From Candidatus Thorarchaeota archaeon (GTDB lineage Archaea > Asgardarchaeota > Thorarchaeia > Thorarchaeales > Thorarchaeaceae): a DNA stretch of 36,357 nt. Of the stretch, positions 17,891 through 26,739 are shown piece by piece. The first letter of the stretch is position 1. Each line of letters starts with the position of its first letter. The translations under genes were made by a program, and so were the position numbers. The notes under the pieces were generated by a model, which made no database searches, had not been told where the DNA came from, and worked only from the letters and a program-made list of their open reading frames with translations. Location: NCBI GenBank assembly GCA_016839445.1, contig JAEOUG010000183.1, positions 1 to 36,357 of the forward strand. The letters are read 5' to 3'.

Positions 17891-18514
17891 TTGCCAACAT
17901 ACGTGAGAGCCAAGAGCCCCGTGGATGGCTGGGTTCGCATCGTCAGGAAGATTATGCAGTCAGGGATGACAAGAACTGACGAGAGAGGAAGCGACACACG
18001 CTGGCTGGACAATGCAGTGATCCACATAGAGGACCCCTTCAAGGACAGAGTCAGTGAATTGTATCCCTTCAGCGAGGCGGTCCTGAGGGACAAGTATGCA
18101 ACACAACTCCTCAACCCAGACAGGATGGACTTCGACTACACATACGGAGAACGGCTCAATGCGTGGGGCACAGAGGAACTCGATCAAATCTCCTACGTCA
18201 TCGCCAAGCTGAAAGACAGTCCGTACACAAGACGGGCCGTGGCCACGACATGGGATCCGAGGAAGGATACGATAGTGGACGAAGTCCCTTGCCTCAACCA
18301 CTTTGTCTTCATGACAAGGGAGGATGTCATCGACCTCTCAGTAATGATACGTTCAAACGACATGTACGGCGCTTGGCCTGCGAATGTCTATGCGTTGGGC
18401 GAACTCCTGAGTCATGTCTGCGACCATGTGGGACGCGAACGGGGCACCGTGACAACGATGTCAGTCAACGCCCACATCTACAAACATGACTGGGAGAGAG
18501 CGGAGCAGGTCTGA
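17891..18514 (+). CDS. thyA: Archaeal-type thymidylate synthase
   Basis: FDYTYGERL, TRRAVATTWDP, VPCL, RSNDMYGAWPAN, AHIY; GGAGGT SD before TTG. Confidence 0.92.
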   Translation: MPTYVRAKSPVDGWVRIVRKIMQSGMTRTDERGSDTRWLDNAVIHIEDPFKDRVSELYPFSEAVLRDKYATQLLNPDRMDFDYTYGERLNAWGTEELDQISYVIAKLKDSPYTRRAVATTWDPRKDTIVDEVPCLNHFVFMTREDVIDLSVMIRSNDMYGAWPANVYALGELLSHVCDHVGRERGTVTTMSVNAHIYKHDWERAEQV

Positions 18515-18609
18515 AGAAATCCGCGCGATTTATCTAGCTCTTCCTACTCGTTGGTCAGGGGGTTCAATTAGTAACTCAAGTAGCCCCTCGAAGAACTAGG
18601 TGTAACCAG

Positions 18610-19203
18610 ATGGACGACATCGACAAGAAGCTTGTATCACTCCTCTACGATAACGGACGAATGACTCTGGTAGACCTGGGTAAGGAGCTGGGGATGTCCC
18701 ACGTAGCAGTGAGCAAGCGACTGGACAAGCTCATTCAGTCGGGGCTAGCGAAGGTCACCGCTGGTGTGAGCGGGGAGTTCCTCGATGCCAAGATCCTGTT
18801 CATGGGAATAGAGACAGAGGACATGGAAGTCGCAGACCGAATCAGAGAGAAGTACAAGGACTGCCCTCGCCTCTTGATGCTTGCGCCGGTCACGGGGAGA
18901 TACAACATCTTTGCAGTCATGGTGGCAGAAGACCCATGGAGCCTCGAGTCCATCATCGGCACCTGCAGCATGCGGACAGAACCGGGAGTGAGAAGATCAG
19001 AGAACTGGTTCGGCAATGCGCCGGTCTCCCCTGAGTTTCTGCAAATAGACCTAGCACCTCCCGTCACAGGGAAGTCTGTCGCTCCCTGCGCAATGGACTG
19101 CGCCAAGTGCAAGAGATACCATGTAGAGAAGTGCGTAGGATGTCCGACCACGGAGAGCTACAGAGGAAGTCTCTGGGCATCGCCCGATGGCGGAGGGAAG
19201 TAG
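18610..19203 (+). CDS. Lrp/AsnC-family regulator with C-terminal Cys-rich tail
   Basis: MDDIDKKLVSLL..NGRMTLVDLGKELGMSHVAVSKRL, TGRYNI; tail CAMDCAKC...CVGCP. Confidence 0.88.
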   Translation: MDDIDKKLVSLLYDNGRMTLVDLGKELGMSHVAVSKRLDKLIQSGLAKVTAGVSGEFLDAKILFMGIETEDMEVADRIREKYKDCPRLLMLAPVTGRYNIFAVMVAEDPWSLESIIGTCSMRTEPGVRRSENWFGNAPVSPEFLQIDLAPPVTGKSVAPCAMDCAKCKRYHVEKCVGCPTTESYRGSLWASPDGGGK

Positions 19204-19258
19204 GCAGCAAAGAGGAACAGTTAACTCGGCATTGCACTTCGACATCATTGTGAGTACG

Positions 19259-19849
19259 ATGACAGAGGTCTTCATTCATCCATTGGCTGTAGTTGACGAA
19301 GGAGCTCAGATAGGCAAAGGCACACGCATATGGCACTTCGCACACGTGAGAGGCACAGCGAAGATAGGAGAAGGCTGCAACGTAGGGAAAGACGTCTACA
19401 TTGACGCTGATGTAGTGATTGGCAACAACGTGAAGATCCAGAACGGAGTCTCGGTGTATCATGGTGTGACCATTGAAAACGACGTGTTCTGTGGTCCTCA
19501 TATGACATTCACCAACGACATGTACCCACGGGCATTCGGTGAAAGCTGGGACGTTGTCAAGACCCTCGTGAAGAAGGGGGCATCGATCGGAGCGCACGCG
19601 ACGATTGTCTGTGATACTATTCTTGGTGAGTATTGCATGATTGGCAGCGGAGCTGTCGTGACTAGAGACGTTCCTGCACACGGGTTGGTTGTTGGAAATC
19701 CTGCACGATTGGTTGGATTCGTCTGCAAGTGTGGGCAGCCACTGAGCAAAGAAGTCGCCCGATCAGACAAGTCAGTGACATTCGAGTGTGGGAAATGCAG
19801 CGAGAGAATCACCATACCCAGTGAGGACCTCAAGAGAAAGCAGCGGTAG
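19259..19849 (+). CDS. Hexapeptide-repeat N-acyltransferase (WbpD/WxcM-like) with C-terminal Zn ribbon
   Basis: FIHPLAVVD..AQIGKGTRIWHF, VKIQNGVSVY, FTND.YPR, VGNPARLVG.VCKCG...CGKC. Confidence 0.9.
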   Translation: MTEVFIHPLAVVDEGAQIGKGTRIWHFAHVRGTAKIGEGCNVGKDVYIDADVVIGNNVKIQNGVSVYHGVTIENDVFCGPHMTFTNDMYPRAFGESWDVVKTLVKKGASIGAHATIVCDTILGEYCMIGSGAVVTRDVPAHGLVVGNPARLVGFVCKCGQPLSKEVARSDKSVTFECGKCSERITIPSEDLKRKQR

Positions 19850-21954
19850 TGGGCCCATTGTCTCATCTCTACAAGAAGTTCGTAAAGGAACAGGTATCAG
19901 GCCTAGTTGACAATGTAGAGAAGATCAGGAATGTCACAGTCATTGCCCACATAGACCACGGCAAGACCACCCTCACGGATTCACTGATAGCGGCCTCTGG
20001 TCTCTTGTCGCAGGATGTTGCCGCGTCAGCGAGGCTTCTTGACTATGACTTGATTGAGCAGGAGAGAGGCATAACCATCAAGGCCTCAAGCATCTCGCTA
20101 GTTCATGAATTGGGAGGGAAGAAGCATCTCATCAACATGGTGGACACACCGGGCCATATCGACTTCTCAAGCCACGTTACCAGAGGGCTCAGACTCACTG
20201 ATGGCGCAATCATCGTCGTGGACGTAATCGAGGGAATCATGGTTCAGACTGAAACCGTCACACGTCAGGCAATGAGAGAACTTGTGAGACCAATCCTCTT
20301 CGTCAACAAGGTCGACCGGCTGTTTAGAGAGAGACGGCTCAGTGCTAAGAAGACCGCACATGAGATCAATAGGACCGTGAGAGAGTTCAATGCAATGCTG
20401 GGCAAGTATCTCGATGATGAGAGGCTCGAAGAATGGGAGGTCTCGTTCTTGAATGGGTCCCTTGGTGTTGGGTCTGCCCTTGACAAGTGGGGCATTGACA
20501 TCACTACGCTCAGTGAAAGATCAGGCAATAGCAGGGACCCATTTGAACTGGGGCAAGCCTTCGTTTCCATTCTTGAAGACATAGAGAAGGAGTACCGGAG
20601 TGACAACCGTAGAGTCCTCTCAGCCAGATACCCCGTCGGTCGAGTGCTTCTGGACTCGGTTGTGACAGTAGTGCCCAATCCGGCGCACGCACAGAGCTAC
20701 AGAGTACCCTCGTTCTGGAACGGGGATATTGAATCCCCTGCTGGCAAGTCTATTCTGAAGTGCGACCGCTCTGGACCCTGCATCTGCCTGGTAGGCGATG
20801 TGCAGCCAGACAGGCATGCTGGCACGGTGGCGTCTGTCAGGGTATTCTCCGGAACTCTGGTTCGGGCGAAACCACTGGTCACATCCAGGTCTCTTGAGAA
20901 GATGAAATCGCTTCAGATCGGGATATCCATGTCAAAGACCAGAGTGGACCTACCGGAAGTACCAGCCGGCAATCTGGCATTCATCACAGGCCTGAAGGAA
21001 GTGGCCATTGGGGACACACTCCTAGATCCGAGCGTGGCCGATACGACACCTATGAGTGAACTGCAGTATCCAACTGAGCCCGTAGTGACGTACACAATCG
21101 AGCCCAAGAGGCTATCACAACTCGCAGAGATCAAGGAGCCAATTCAGGAATATGTACAGACGGATCCTGCTCTGGAATTCCATGTGAACCCAGACACTGG
21201 AGAGATGTTGCTCTCAGGGGCGGGTGAGCTGCACGTGGAAATCACAGTTGAGAAGCTGGCCAGACAGGGCGTAGAAGTTGTCCTGGGCAAGCCGATGGTT
21301 GTGTTACGCGAACAGATGGCCAAGGATGGTTTGTCCCGAGAGGCCGGTGGGAGAGAGGTCAGCAGATTCACGGTACGTGCGGTCGTGACACGACCCGACC
21401 TGGTAGCCGAGAGTATGGGAGTTGTGCTCGACTCGGATGCGTCCACAGACAGCTGGATTCTGGATGGCTCGGGCAAGATCGGCCTTTACGACGACGAAGT
21501 GGAGTGGATAAGAGAAGCATTTCGAGTCATGATACGGACAGGGCCCAAGCATGGCGAGAAGATGAGGCGGCTTGGCGTTGTCATAGAAGATGCCAGCATC
21601 AGATGCGAGGGGCCCGAGACCTCATGGCGCGAGGTCACTCAACCTCTTATGGATGCCATCCGACAGAGCGTAATGTCCGGAGACCCAACACTGATCGAAC
21701 CCTGGGTAAGACTAGAACTGAGCGCACCGGAAGAACACATAGGTGCGCTATCGTCGATACTGGCCAGAAGACGGGGGAACGTATTGGAGATCGATTCGGA
21801 GCGCTCACTGTTCAGATTGACCGCAGAGATACCAGTAGGGGAGTCCTTCGGGCTCGCCAATGAAATAAGAACCGAAACATCAGGTTGGGCCACTTGGGGA
21901 GCCAGAAGCGGAGGCTATCGTGATATATCCAACCCAGAGACTAGGTTCGACTAA
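19849..21954 (+). CDS. Divergent archaeal elongation factor 2 paralog (aEF-2p-like translational GTPase)
   Basis: AHIDHGKTT, ERGITI, DTPGH, NKVD, GSAL, GELHVEI, EF-G domain V-like C-terminus; the diphthamide HRG loop is absent. Confidence 0.9.
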   Translation: MGPLSHLYKKFVKEQVSGLVDNVEKIRNVTVIAHIDHGKTTLTDSLIAASGLLSQDVAASARLLDYDLIEQERGITIKASSISLVHELGGKKHLINMVDTPGHIDFSSHVTRGLRLTDGAIIVVDVIEGIMVQTETVTRQAMRELVRPILFVNKVDRLFRERRLSAKKTAHEINRTVREFNAMLGKYLDDERLEEWEVSFLNGSLGVGSALDKWGIDITTLSERSGNSRDPFELGQAFVSILEDIEKEYRSDNRRVLSARYPVGRVLLDSVVTVVPNPAHAQSYRVPSFWNGDIESPAGKSILKCDRSGPCICLVGDVQPDRHAGTVASVRVFSGTLVRAKPLVTSRSLEKMKSLQIGISMSKTRVDLPEVPAGNLAFITGLKEVAIGDTLLDPSVADTTPMSELQYPTEPVVTYTIEPKRLSQLAEIKEPIQEYVQTDPALEFHVNPDTGEMLLSGAGELHVEITVEKLARQGVEVVLGKPMVVLREQMAKDGLSREAGGREVSRFTVRAVVTRPDLVAESMGVVLDSDASTDSWILDGSGKIGLYDDEVEWIREAFRVMIRTGPKHGEKMRRLGVVIEDASIRCEGPETSWREVTQPLMDAIRQSVMSGDPTLIEPWVRLELSAPEEHIGALSSILARRRGNVLEIDSERSLFRLTAEIPVGESFGLANEIRTETSGWATWGARSGGYRDISNPETRFD

Positions 21955-21957
21955 GCT

Positions 21958-24258
21958 CTACATTCGCATGTAGTATCTCTCGTTCATTATGGCCCCAAGA
22001 TATGCTAGGACCCTTCGATCAACGAGAGAGACAGAGTCCATCATTCGTAGAGCTCGATTGATGTTAGAGAACACGGCGTTAAGATAGGGTTGAGCGGGGG
22101 TCAATTCGGAGAGTTCGACCATCTCAAGATATGCGTTCGTGATCTTGACGAGACCCAGCCAATCATCCGCCAGAACGAAGTTGTACTTGCTCTCGTCGAC
22201 AGAGGGCGGTGTTGTGGTGAAGAGACCTCGGTTTATGTATGCGGCATACTGATTCTCAAGTGCAAGCGCGAACCTCCGTAGGATCTGCGTGAGCGACGCT
22301 GCGACAGCCTTGATGAACTCCGCAGACTCCCCGAAGTCAGATTCAGTCTCCATGACCTCGCCGAATGTGACCGCACACTTGTACAGGCCTGTGGCTAGCT
22401 GCGAGTAGTCCTTGTTCTCGTAGAAGTCGCGTATCGTTTGAACAAGGTACGTCTGACCCAACCAGTAGTTGCCCAACAGGGAGTCCACATTGATGACGGC
22501 GTCATCGACTGTAGGTTGAACTCGACCCGCCATCTCAAGACTCAGAGCCTCCACGTTCAGTTTAGACGCGGCTAGTGCTCCGGTCAGGCTCGCGACGTCG
22601 GAGAGGCTTGTGGACCCTCTGTTCATCCTCTTAGAACGTTCCAGAAGAGAGGACCAAGATGCACTCATGTATGGAACGACAAGGGAAACTCCCTCGATGA
22701 ACAGGAAGTCCTCAGTGGCGGGCGCATCAACAAGCATTCTGTCAATGTCATCGAGAAGACGCAGGAGTCTAGGGGGAATTGATCCGCCATGCCTCGCAAT
22801 CAACCATACAACATTGTAGGTTGAGATTGCCACCTCCACAAAGGCGCGGTTGTCAGTAGGAAAGAGAGGAACATACTGCACCAGAATATCACGGATACTG
22901 TCGGGTGTGGCTCCATCCGACCGCTCAGACTCTCTCAAGCGAGCCAGGCCGAAGCCCATTCGGGTTCCCAAGATTTCAAGGTCACTGATCAACCCCTTCT
23001 CGACCAATCGTTCACGGAGCGCCAGGGCGTTCTCAAACGACTTGAGTCCCTTGGACCAATACTCGTCAGAATCAGTGCATAGGCATAGCCACCCAATCAT
23101 GTTCTCTAGACGGGACCGTTCCACATCCTTCTCGTCCTTTGCGGCTTGGATGTCGGGCAGAACTGCACGCGCACGGTCTAGGTAGTCAAAGGCACGAGCC
23201 ATGTTCTCATGGTCGCCCATGAGGCCGTAGGCAAAACCCAGTCCTGTCAGGGTCCTGAAGACGTGCAGGCTCTGGTTGGGAGTAATCTCCTCGATGGAGT
23301 CGTATATCCTCAGTCCCTGTTCCAGCCTGTCAACAGCCTCGTCTACACCCTCTCTCCATCCGTTGGCAAGAATGCTCGAGCCTATCACCAAATGCGAGAG
23401 GCCAAGCTCATCCTTGCTGGCCATCCCACTTACAAGTGCCATCTCGTAGAGCTCAGCAGCCTTGTCTCCGATTTTCCTAGCAAGGGTAAACGATACGGAG
23501 TCATCTCGAGTTTCATTCACGCCAAGCTGGAGCATGACCTCTGCCAGACGTAGCTTATCCTTCTTCTTGCGGGCTATCTTCTCAAGGCTGTTTAGTAGGT
23601 CTCTCGATTGATCGAACATCTTCAGTTCAGTCAGCACGCAGGCATAATCGAAGGTTATCTCAAACTCCATGTCTTCCATCTTGTTCTCTCGAGATATCCC
23701 GATCAAACGGTTCATGAGAAGCTCGGCGCCCTCGAAGAATCCAGCTTCAATGAGCGACCACGCCAGAGAGTGCACTTCCCTCAAGACCATTGCATCTGTC
23801 TGCGCGTGGCGACGATCATGGATTGCATCCATGGTCATGAGAACTTCATCAGTGAAGAAGGGTAGGACCGGCCGTAGATTCATTCGTATGGAAGAAGCCA
23901 CTGCCTGAAGCAGTTCTCCTAGAATGTCAATTAGGCGGGGAATGGCTTCGATGTCAGGAAGAAGCTCACACTCAACACGTCTGTCACCACTGGTGTACCT
24001 TGCATCAAGCAGCGTAAGTATCTCAGGGAGCGTTCGATCAGGCATGAACGACAGCCGTACAGTAATCTCGGTAAGCTTGGCGCTGGCAAGGCCAGGTCTT
24101 CGGAGGATAATCTCCTCAAGTGCGCGTGCGATGTCAAAGAGGAGGTCACTCTCTTCAGGAGTCCTGAATGAGATGTTCTGTATGGCCGAGAGACCGTCAT
24201 CAAGAGAGAGTGATGCGCACAACACATCCCTTAGCGTGGCAAGAAGCACAGGTTCCAC
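21958..24258 (-). CDS. Large alpha-helical TPR-like solenoid protein
   Basis: 766-aa ORF with repeated TPR-like helices (LAEVMLQLG, AVDRLEQGLRIY, LTGLGFAYGLMG..ARAFDYLDRA, SFENALALRERL). Confidence 0.7.
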   Translation of the reverse strand: MEPVLLATLRDVLCASLSLDDGLSAIQNISFRTPEESDLLFDIARALEEIILRRPGLASAKLTEITVRLSFMPDRTLPEILTLLDARYTSGDRRVECELLPDIEAIPRLIDILGELLQAVASSIRMNLRPVLPFFTDEVLMTMDAIHDRRHAQTDAMVLREVHSLAWSLIEAGFFEGAELLMNRLIGISRENKMEDMEFEITFDYACVLTELKMFDQSRDLLNSLEKIARKKKDKLRLAEVMLQLGVNETRDDSVSFTLARKIGDKAAELYEMALVSGMASKDELGLSHLVIGSSILANGWREGVDEAVDRLEQGLRIYDSIEEITPNQSLHVFRTLTGLGFAYGLMGDHENMARAFDYLDRARAVLPDIQAAKDEKDVERSRLENMIGWLCLCTDSDEYWSKGLKSFENALALRERLVEKGLISDLEILGTRMGFGLARLRESERSDGATPDSIRDILVQYVPLFPTDNRAFVEVAISTYNVVWLIARHGGSIPPRLLRLLDDIDRMLVDAPATEDFLFIEGVSLVVPYMSASWSSLLERSKRMNRGSTSLSDVASLTGALAASKLNVEALSLEMAGRVQPTVDDAVINVDSLLGNYWLGQTYLVQTIRDFYENKDYSQLATGLYKCAVTFGEVMETESDFGESAEFIKAVAASLTQILRRFALALENQYAAYINRGLFTTTPPSVDESKYNFVLADDWLGLVKITNAYLEMVELSELTPAQPYLNAVFSNINRALRMMDSVSLVDRRVLAYLGAIMNERYYMRM

Positions 24259-24295
24259 GTTACTCTCTCCAGTACGAACCTCGGCCGATTCCTGC

Positions 24296-24301
24296 TTTAA
24301 A
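24296..24301 (-). promoter_or_regulatory. Putative TATA box TTTAAA for the TPR-like gene
   Basis: About 40 nt upstream of GTG 24258, in the short intergenic gap. Confidence 0.4.
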
Positions 24302-24319
24302 GGTTTCAGAGTAAAGATA

Positions 24320-25033
24320 TCAATGCTCGATTACGAAGTCATGCCAGACCCGCGAAGTGTCTGTCCCCCTCATCCGCTCCATCCTCAGCTGGTGGACGGG
24401 GACCTCTCCAGATTCGTTCACTTTAAACCGTAGCACTGCGTCTGCGAGGTATGAGAAGGTTGCATAGGTCTTCTCCTCATGCACACCCTCCTCCAGCACG
24501 TACATGATGCTATGAGAACTCTGTGTCACTCTGCCGCTGAGCCTCTGCACTGCGCGGGGCATCGTCGCAGCATTGGAGTGAAGGATTAGGGTGGATAGGC
24601 TGTCAATGACAACTCTAGCAACGACCAGACGCTCAAGCACTTCTGAGAGCACAATCCCGAGCTCACTGATATCGTCGACCTTCGCTAACGAGCGAGTTGT
24701 ACTGGAAATAGGAGCACCCATCCGCTCAGAGTAACCATCGATGAAGACGAACTGGCCAGAGGCCTCCTGTTGCTCGATAGTCCAGCCGTGCCTGCTCATG
24801 TCGTTGCGAATGACCCGCGGAGATACATCCGTCGTGACGAAGACAGCAGGGAACCCAAGCTCAATTCCTTCCGCTAGGAAGGCTTCTGCATAGGTCGTCT
24901 TTCCAGATCCCAGTGGACCGACTAGCATGTACGACACCTGAGTAAGTTGGCCGAACTCGACAAGGTCACTTATCATCGGTCGAGCCCGCGCCGGGGACGG
25001 TGCTTCGTTGCTGCTATTCTCGGTCGCATTCAC
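24320..25033 (-). CDS. Single-domain KaiC/RAD55-like ATPase (divergent copy)
   Basis: GPLGSGKT, VFVTTD (EE lost), RVVIDSLS, FSYLADAVLRF, LRMERMRGT. Likely start GTG 25033 after GGGGT. Confidence 0.85.
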   Translation of the reverse strand: MNATENSSNEAPSPARARPMISDLVEFGQLTQVSYMLVGPLGSGKTTYAEAFLAEGIELGFPAVFVTTDVSPRVIRNDMSRHGWTIEQQEASGQFVFIDGYSERMGAPISSTTRSLAKVDDISELGIVLSEVLERLVVARVVIDSLSTLILHSNAATMPRAVQRLSGRVTQSSHSIMYVLEEGVHEEKTYATFSYLADAVLRFKVNESGEVPVHQLRMERMRGTDTSRVWHDFVIEH

Positions 25034-25050
25034 TTCTCGGACCCCATGTC

Positions 25051-25797
25051 TTAGTGTCCAGGCCCTATCTCTCCAGGCCACACTCTTATGCCTTCATCAG
25101 TGATACGCATCGAGTGTATCCGCGAGCTGTGTTTTGAACCTCTTAGTTTGAGGACTTCAATGGAGCGCGATCTCGACGTTTCACTGATCTTCTCGTTGTA
25201 CAGTACGATGACTCCGCTCGCTAAGAAGGCTTCGATATCAAAAACGCCCAGTCCCTGATCCTGAGCCGGTATCTCGCTAGTGAGGAGAAGTGTGCATCCC
25301 GTCTTGGTAATGGTAGCGGCGAGCTTGAAGAACTCCTCTCTCAGAATGTCTCTACTCCGGAACTTGTAGGCCATAATCGAGAGAGTATCGAGGACAACTC
25401 GCTTCGCCTTGATTTTCTTGATGTGGTTCATGATGATGGCTTCCAGTCCAGAGAGGTCAAAGCTGGGATACTCACCAATTGTGACGGGAGTGACCTCCTT
25501 GGACGGGGAGAGATCTACGATAGAGATCATGCCATCCTTCTCAAGGCCTTCGAGATCCATTTTGAATCGGGCCATGTTTCTCTTGATGAGTTGTGGAGGT
25601 TCCTCCAATGTCACCAACACCCCGGGCTCACCATAATCCTTAGCCCCTCTGTAGATGAACTGCGTAGCCAAGATGCTTTTTCCAGTGCCTGCCTTTCCAG
25701 CCACTAGGATTGTGTCCCCTCTCGGGAAGCCTCCTTCGATCAGTTCATCAAGACCTGGGATTCCTGTCTTCACACGCTCTATTGTCTGGTCGCTCAT
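25051..25797 (-). CDS. Single-domain KaiC/RAD55-like ATPase
   Basis: RVKTGIPGLDELIEGGFP, GKAGTGKS, VTLEE, RVVLDT, LLTSE, RSIEVLKLRGS. Confidence 0.92.
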   Translation of the reverse strand: MSDQTIERVKTGIPGLDELIEGGFPRGDTILVAGKAGTGKSILATQFIYRGAKDYGEPGVLVTLEEPPQLIKRNMARFKMDLEGLEKDGMISIVDLSPSKEVTPVTIGEYPSFDLSGLEAIIMNHIKKIKAKRVVLDTLSIMAYKFRSRDILREEFFKLAATITKTGCTLLLTSEIPAQDQGLGVFDIEAFLASGVIVLYNEKISETSRSRSIEVLKLRGSKHSSRIHSMRITDEGIRVWPGEIGPGH

Positions 25798-26183
25798 TTC
25801 GACTCACCCTTCTTCTTCCGAGATGCCACTCTGGCTCCGAGAATCATCTTGATCAGCATGTCCGGTTCAGGGATACCGGTGATTGAGACGCCACCTATCA
25901 TCACCGTGGGCAGAGCAAAGACACCGTATTCCTCTGCAACCTCTGGGTTCTCGGTGACGTTGATGACGTTCAAGTAGAAGCTGTCGGGGCCAAAGTCCTC
26001 TATTGTTTCACGTATCACTTCCTCGGCGCGTGGACAGAAGGCGCAGGTCTCAGACTTGAAGAGGACTACCTCAATCTTATCAGAGAGTTCCTCCTCAGTC
26101 GGCGTACCAGCCTCCTTGCTATCTGTCACACGGCGTTGCTCCTGAACCATGGAAGTGGCAGAGTCAAAGACGCTGCTCATCAC
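25794..26183 (-). CDS. Thioredoxin-fold protein (CAFC) with KaiB-like features, translationally coupled to the KaiC-like gene
   Basis: VVLFKSETCAFCPRA, LNVINVTENPEVAEEYGVFALPTV, GIP; ATGA overlap with 25051-25797. Confidence 0.85.
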   Translation of the reverse strand: MMSSVFDSATSMVQEQRRVTDSKEAGTPTEEELSDKIEVVLFKSETCAFCPRAEEVIRETIEDFGPDSFYLNVINVTENPEVAEEYGVFALPTVMIGGVSITGIPEPDMLIKMILGARVASRKKKGESK

Positions 26184-26228
26184 TTGAATGTTTTGAGCGT
26201 ATTATCTATGTGCATACTGAACTGATGC

Positions 26229-26612
26229 CTATTTGTAACCCATGAGACGTCGAATCCGGGTCGAGGCTTTTCCGACGGCCCGAGAGTGGTATCGGACGTT
26301 CCGCGGCATCAGTGCTCCAATAATCAGGGATTCATCGCCCCTTGATCCAACTCGCTTGAACACGGCCTTGCCTTGTGCACATCTGAGGCTGATATCACGA
26401 ACATGACCGAGCATCAATTCAGAACGGACGCGCTCGGCAACCTCAGCTATCATGCCAGCCATTGCGGCGACCAGGTCCTGGTTAGCGGTCGGCGATGCGG
26501 CGGAGGCCACTAGGAGACCATCACCTCTGGCAAGAACTGAAACCGTGTAGCCCCCTTCCCGATTCATCTCCTCAAGTATCATGGGAAGCTTATTGTAGTC
26601 AGGCCGTTCCAT
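26229..26612 (-). CDS. Roadblock/LC7 (MglB-like) domain protein
   Basis: ILEEM..EGGYTVSVLARGDGLLVAS...VAAMAG...ELMLG..RDISL...GKAVF fits the Roadblock fold pattern. Confidence 0.85.
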   Translation of the reverse strand: MERPDYNKLPMILEEMNREGGYTVSVLARGDGLLVASAASPTANQDLVAAMAGMIAEVAERVRSELMLGHVRDISLRCAQGKAVFKRVGSRGDESLIIGALMPRNVRYHSRAVGKASTRIRRLMGYK

Positions 26613-26656
26613 TTCAGCGAAATCCTCCGTGCTGCCGCTTAGTTCCGGTGGTTCCC

Positions 26657-26703
26657 TATTAAATCATCTGAGACTGTCTACCGTCACAGTAGAGATTTAA
26701 ATG
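26657..26703. promoter_or_regulatory. Back-to-back TATA boxes (minus ATTTAATA 26664-26657; plus TTTAAATG 26696-26703) flanking a TCTAC-N7-GTAGA dyad
   Basis: Each box lies about 40-45 nt upstream of a divergent start (Roadblock ATG 26612; Rab TTG 26740); dyad at 26677-26693. Confidence 0.5.
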
Positions 26704-26739
26704 GTGTCGAGTTCAGTCCATCGCAGGGAGTGTGTTCAA

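Noticed and set aside
17668-18114. 148-aa minus-strand ORF across the nrdH/thyA gap
   Set aside because: Half of it is antisense to thyA and it has no protein-like motif.
25794-26183. Annotating this gene as bona fide kaiB and the locus as a circadian clock
   Set aside because: It has a CxxC, the KaiC proteins are single-domain without the ST pair, and no kaiA is present; kept only as a hypothesis.
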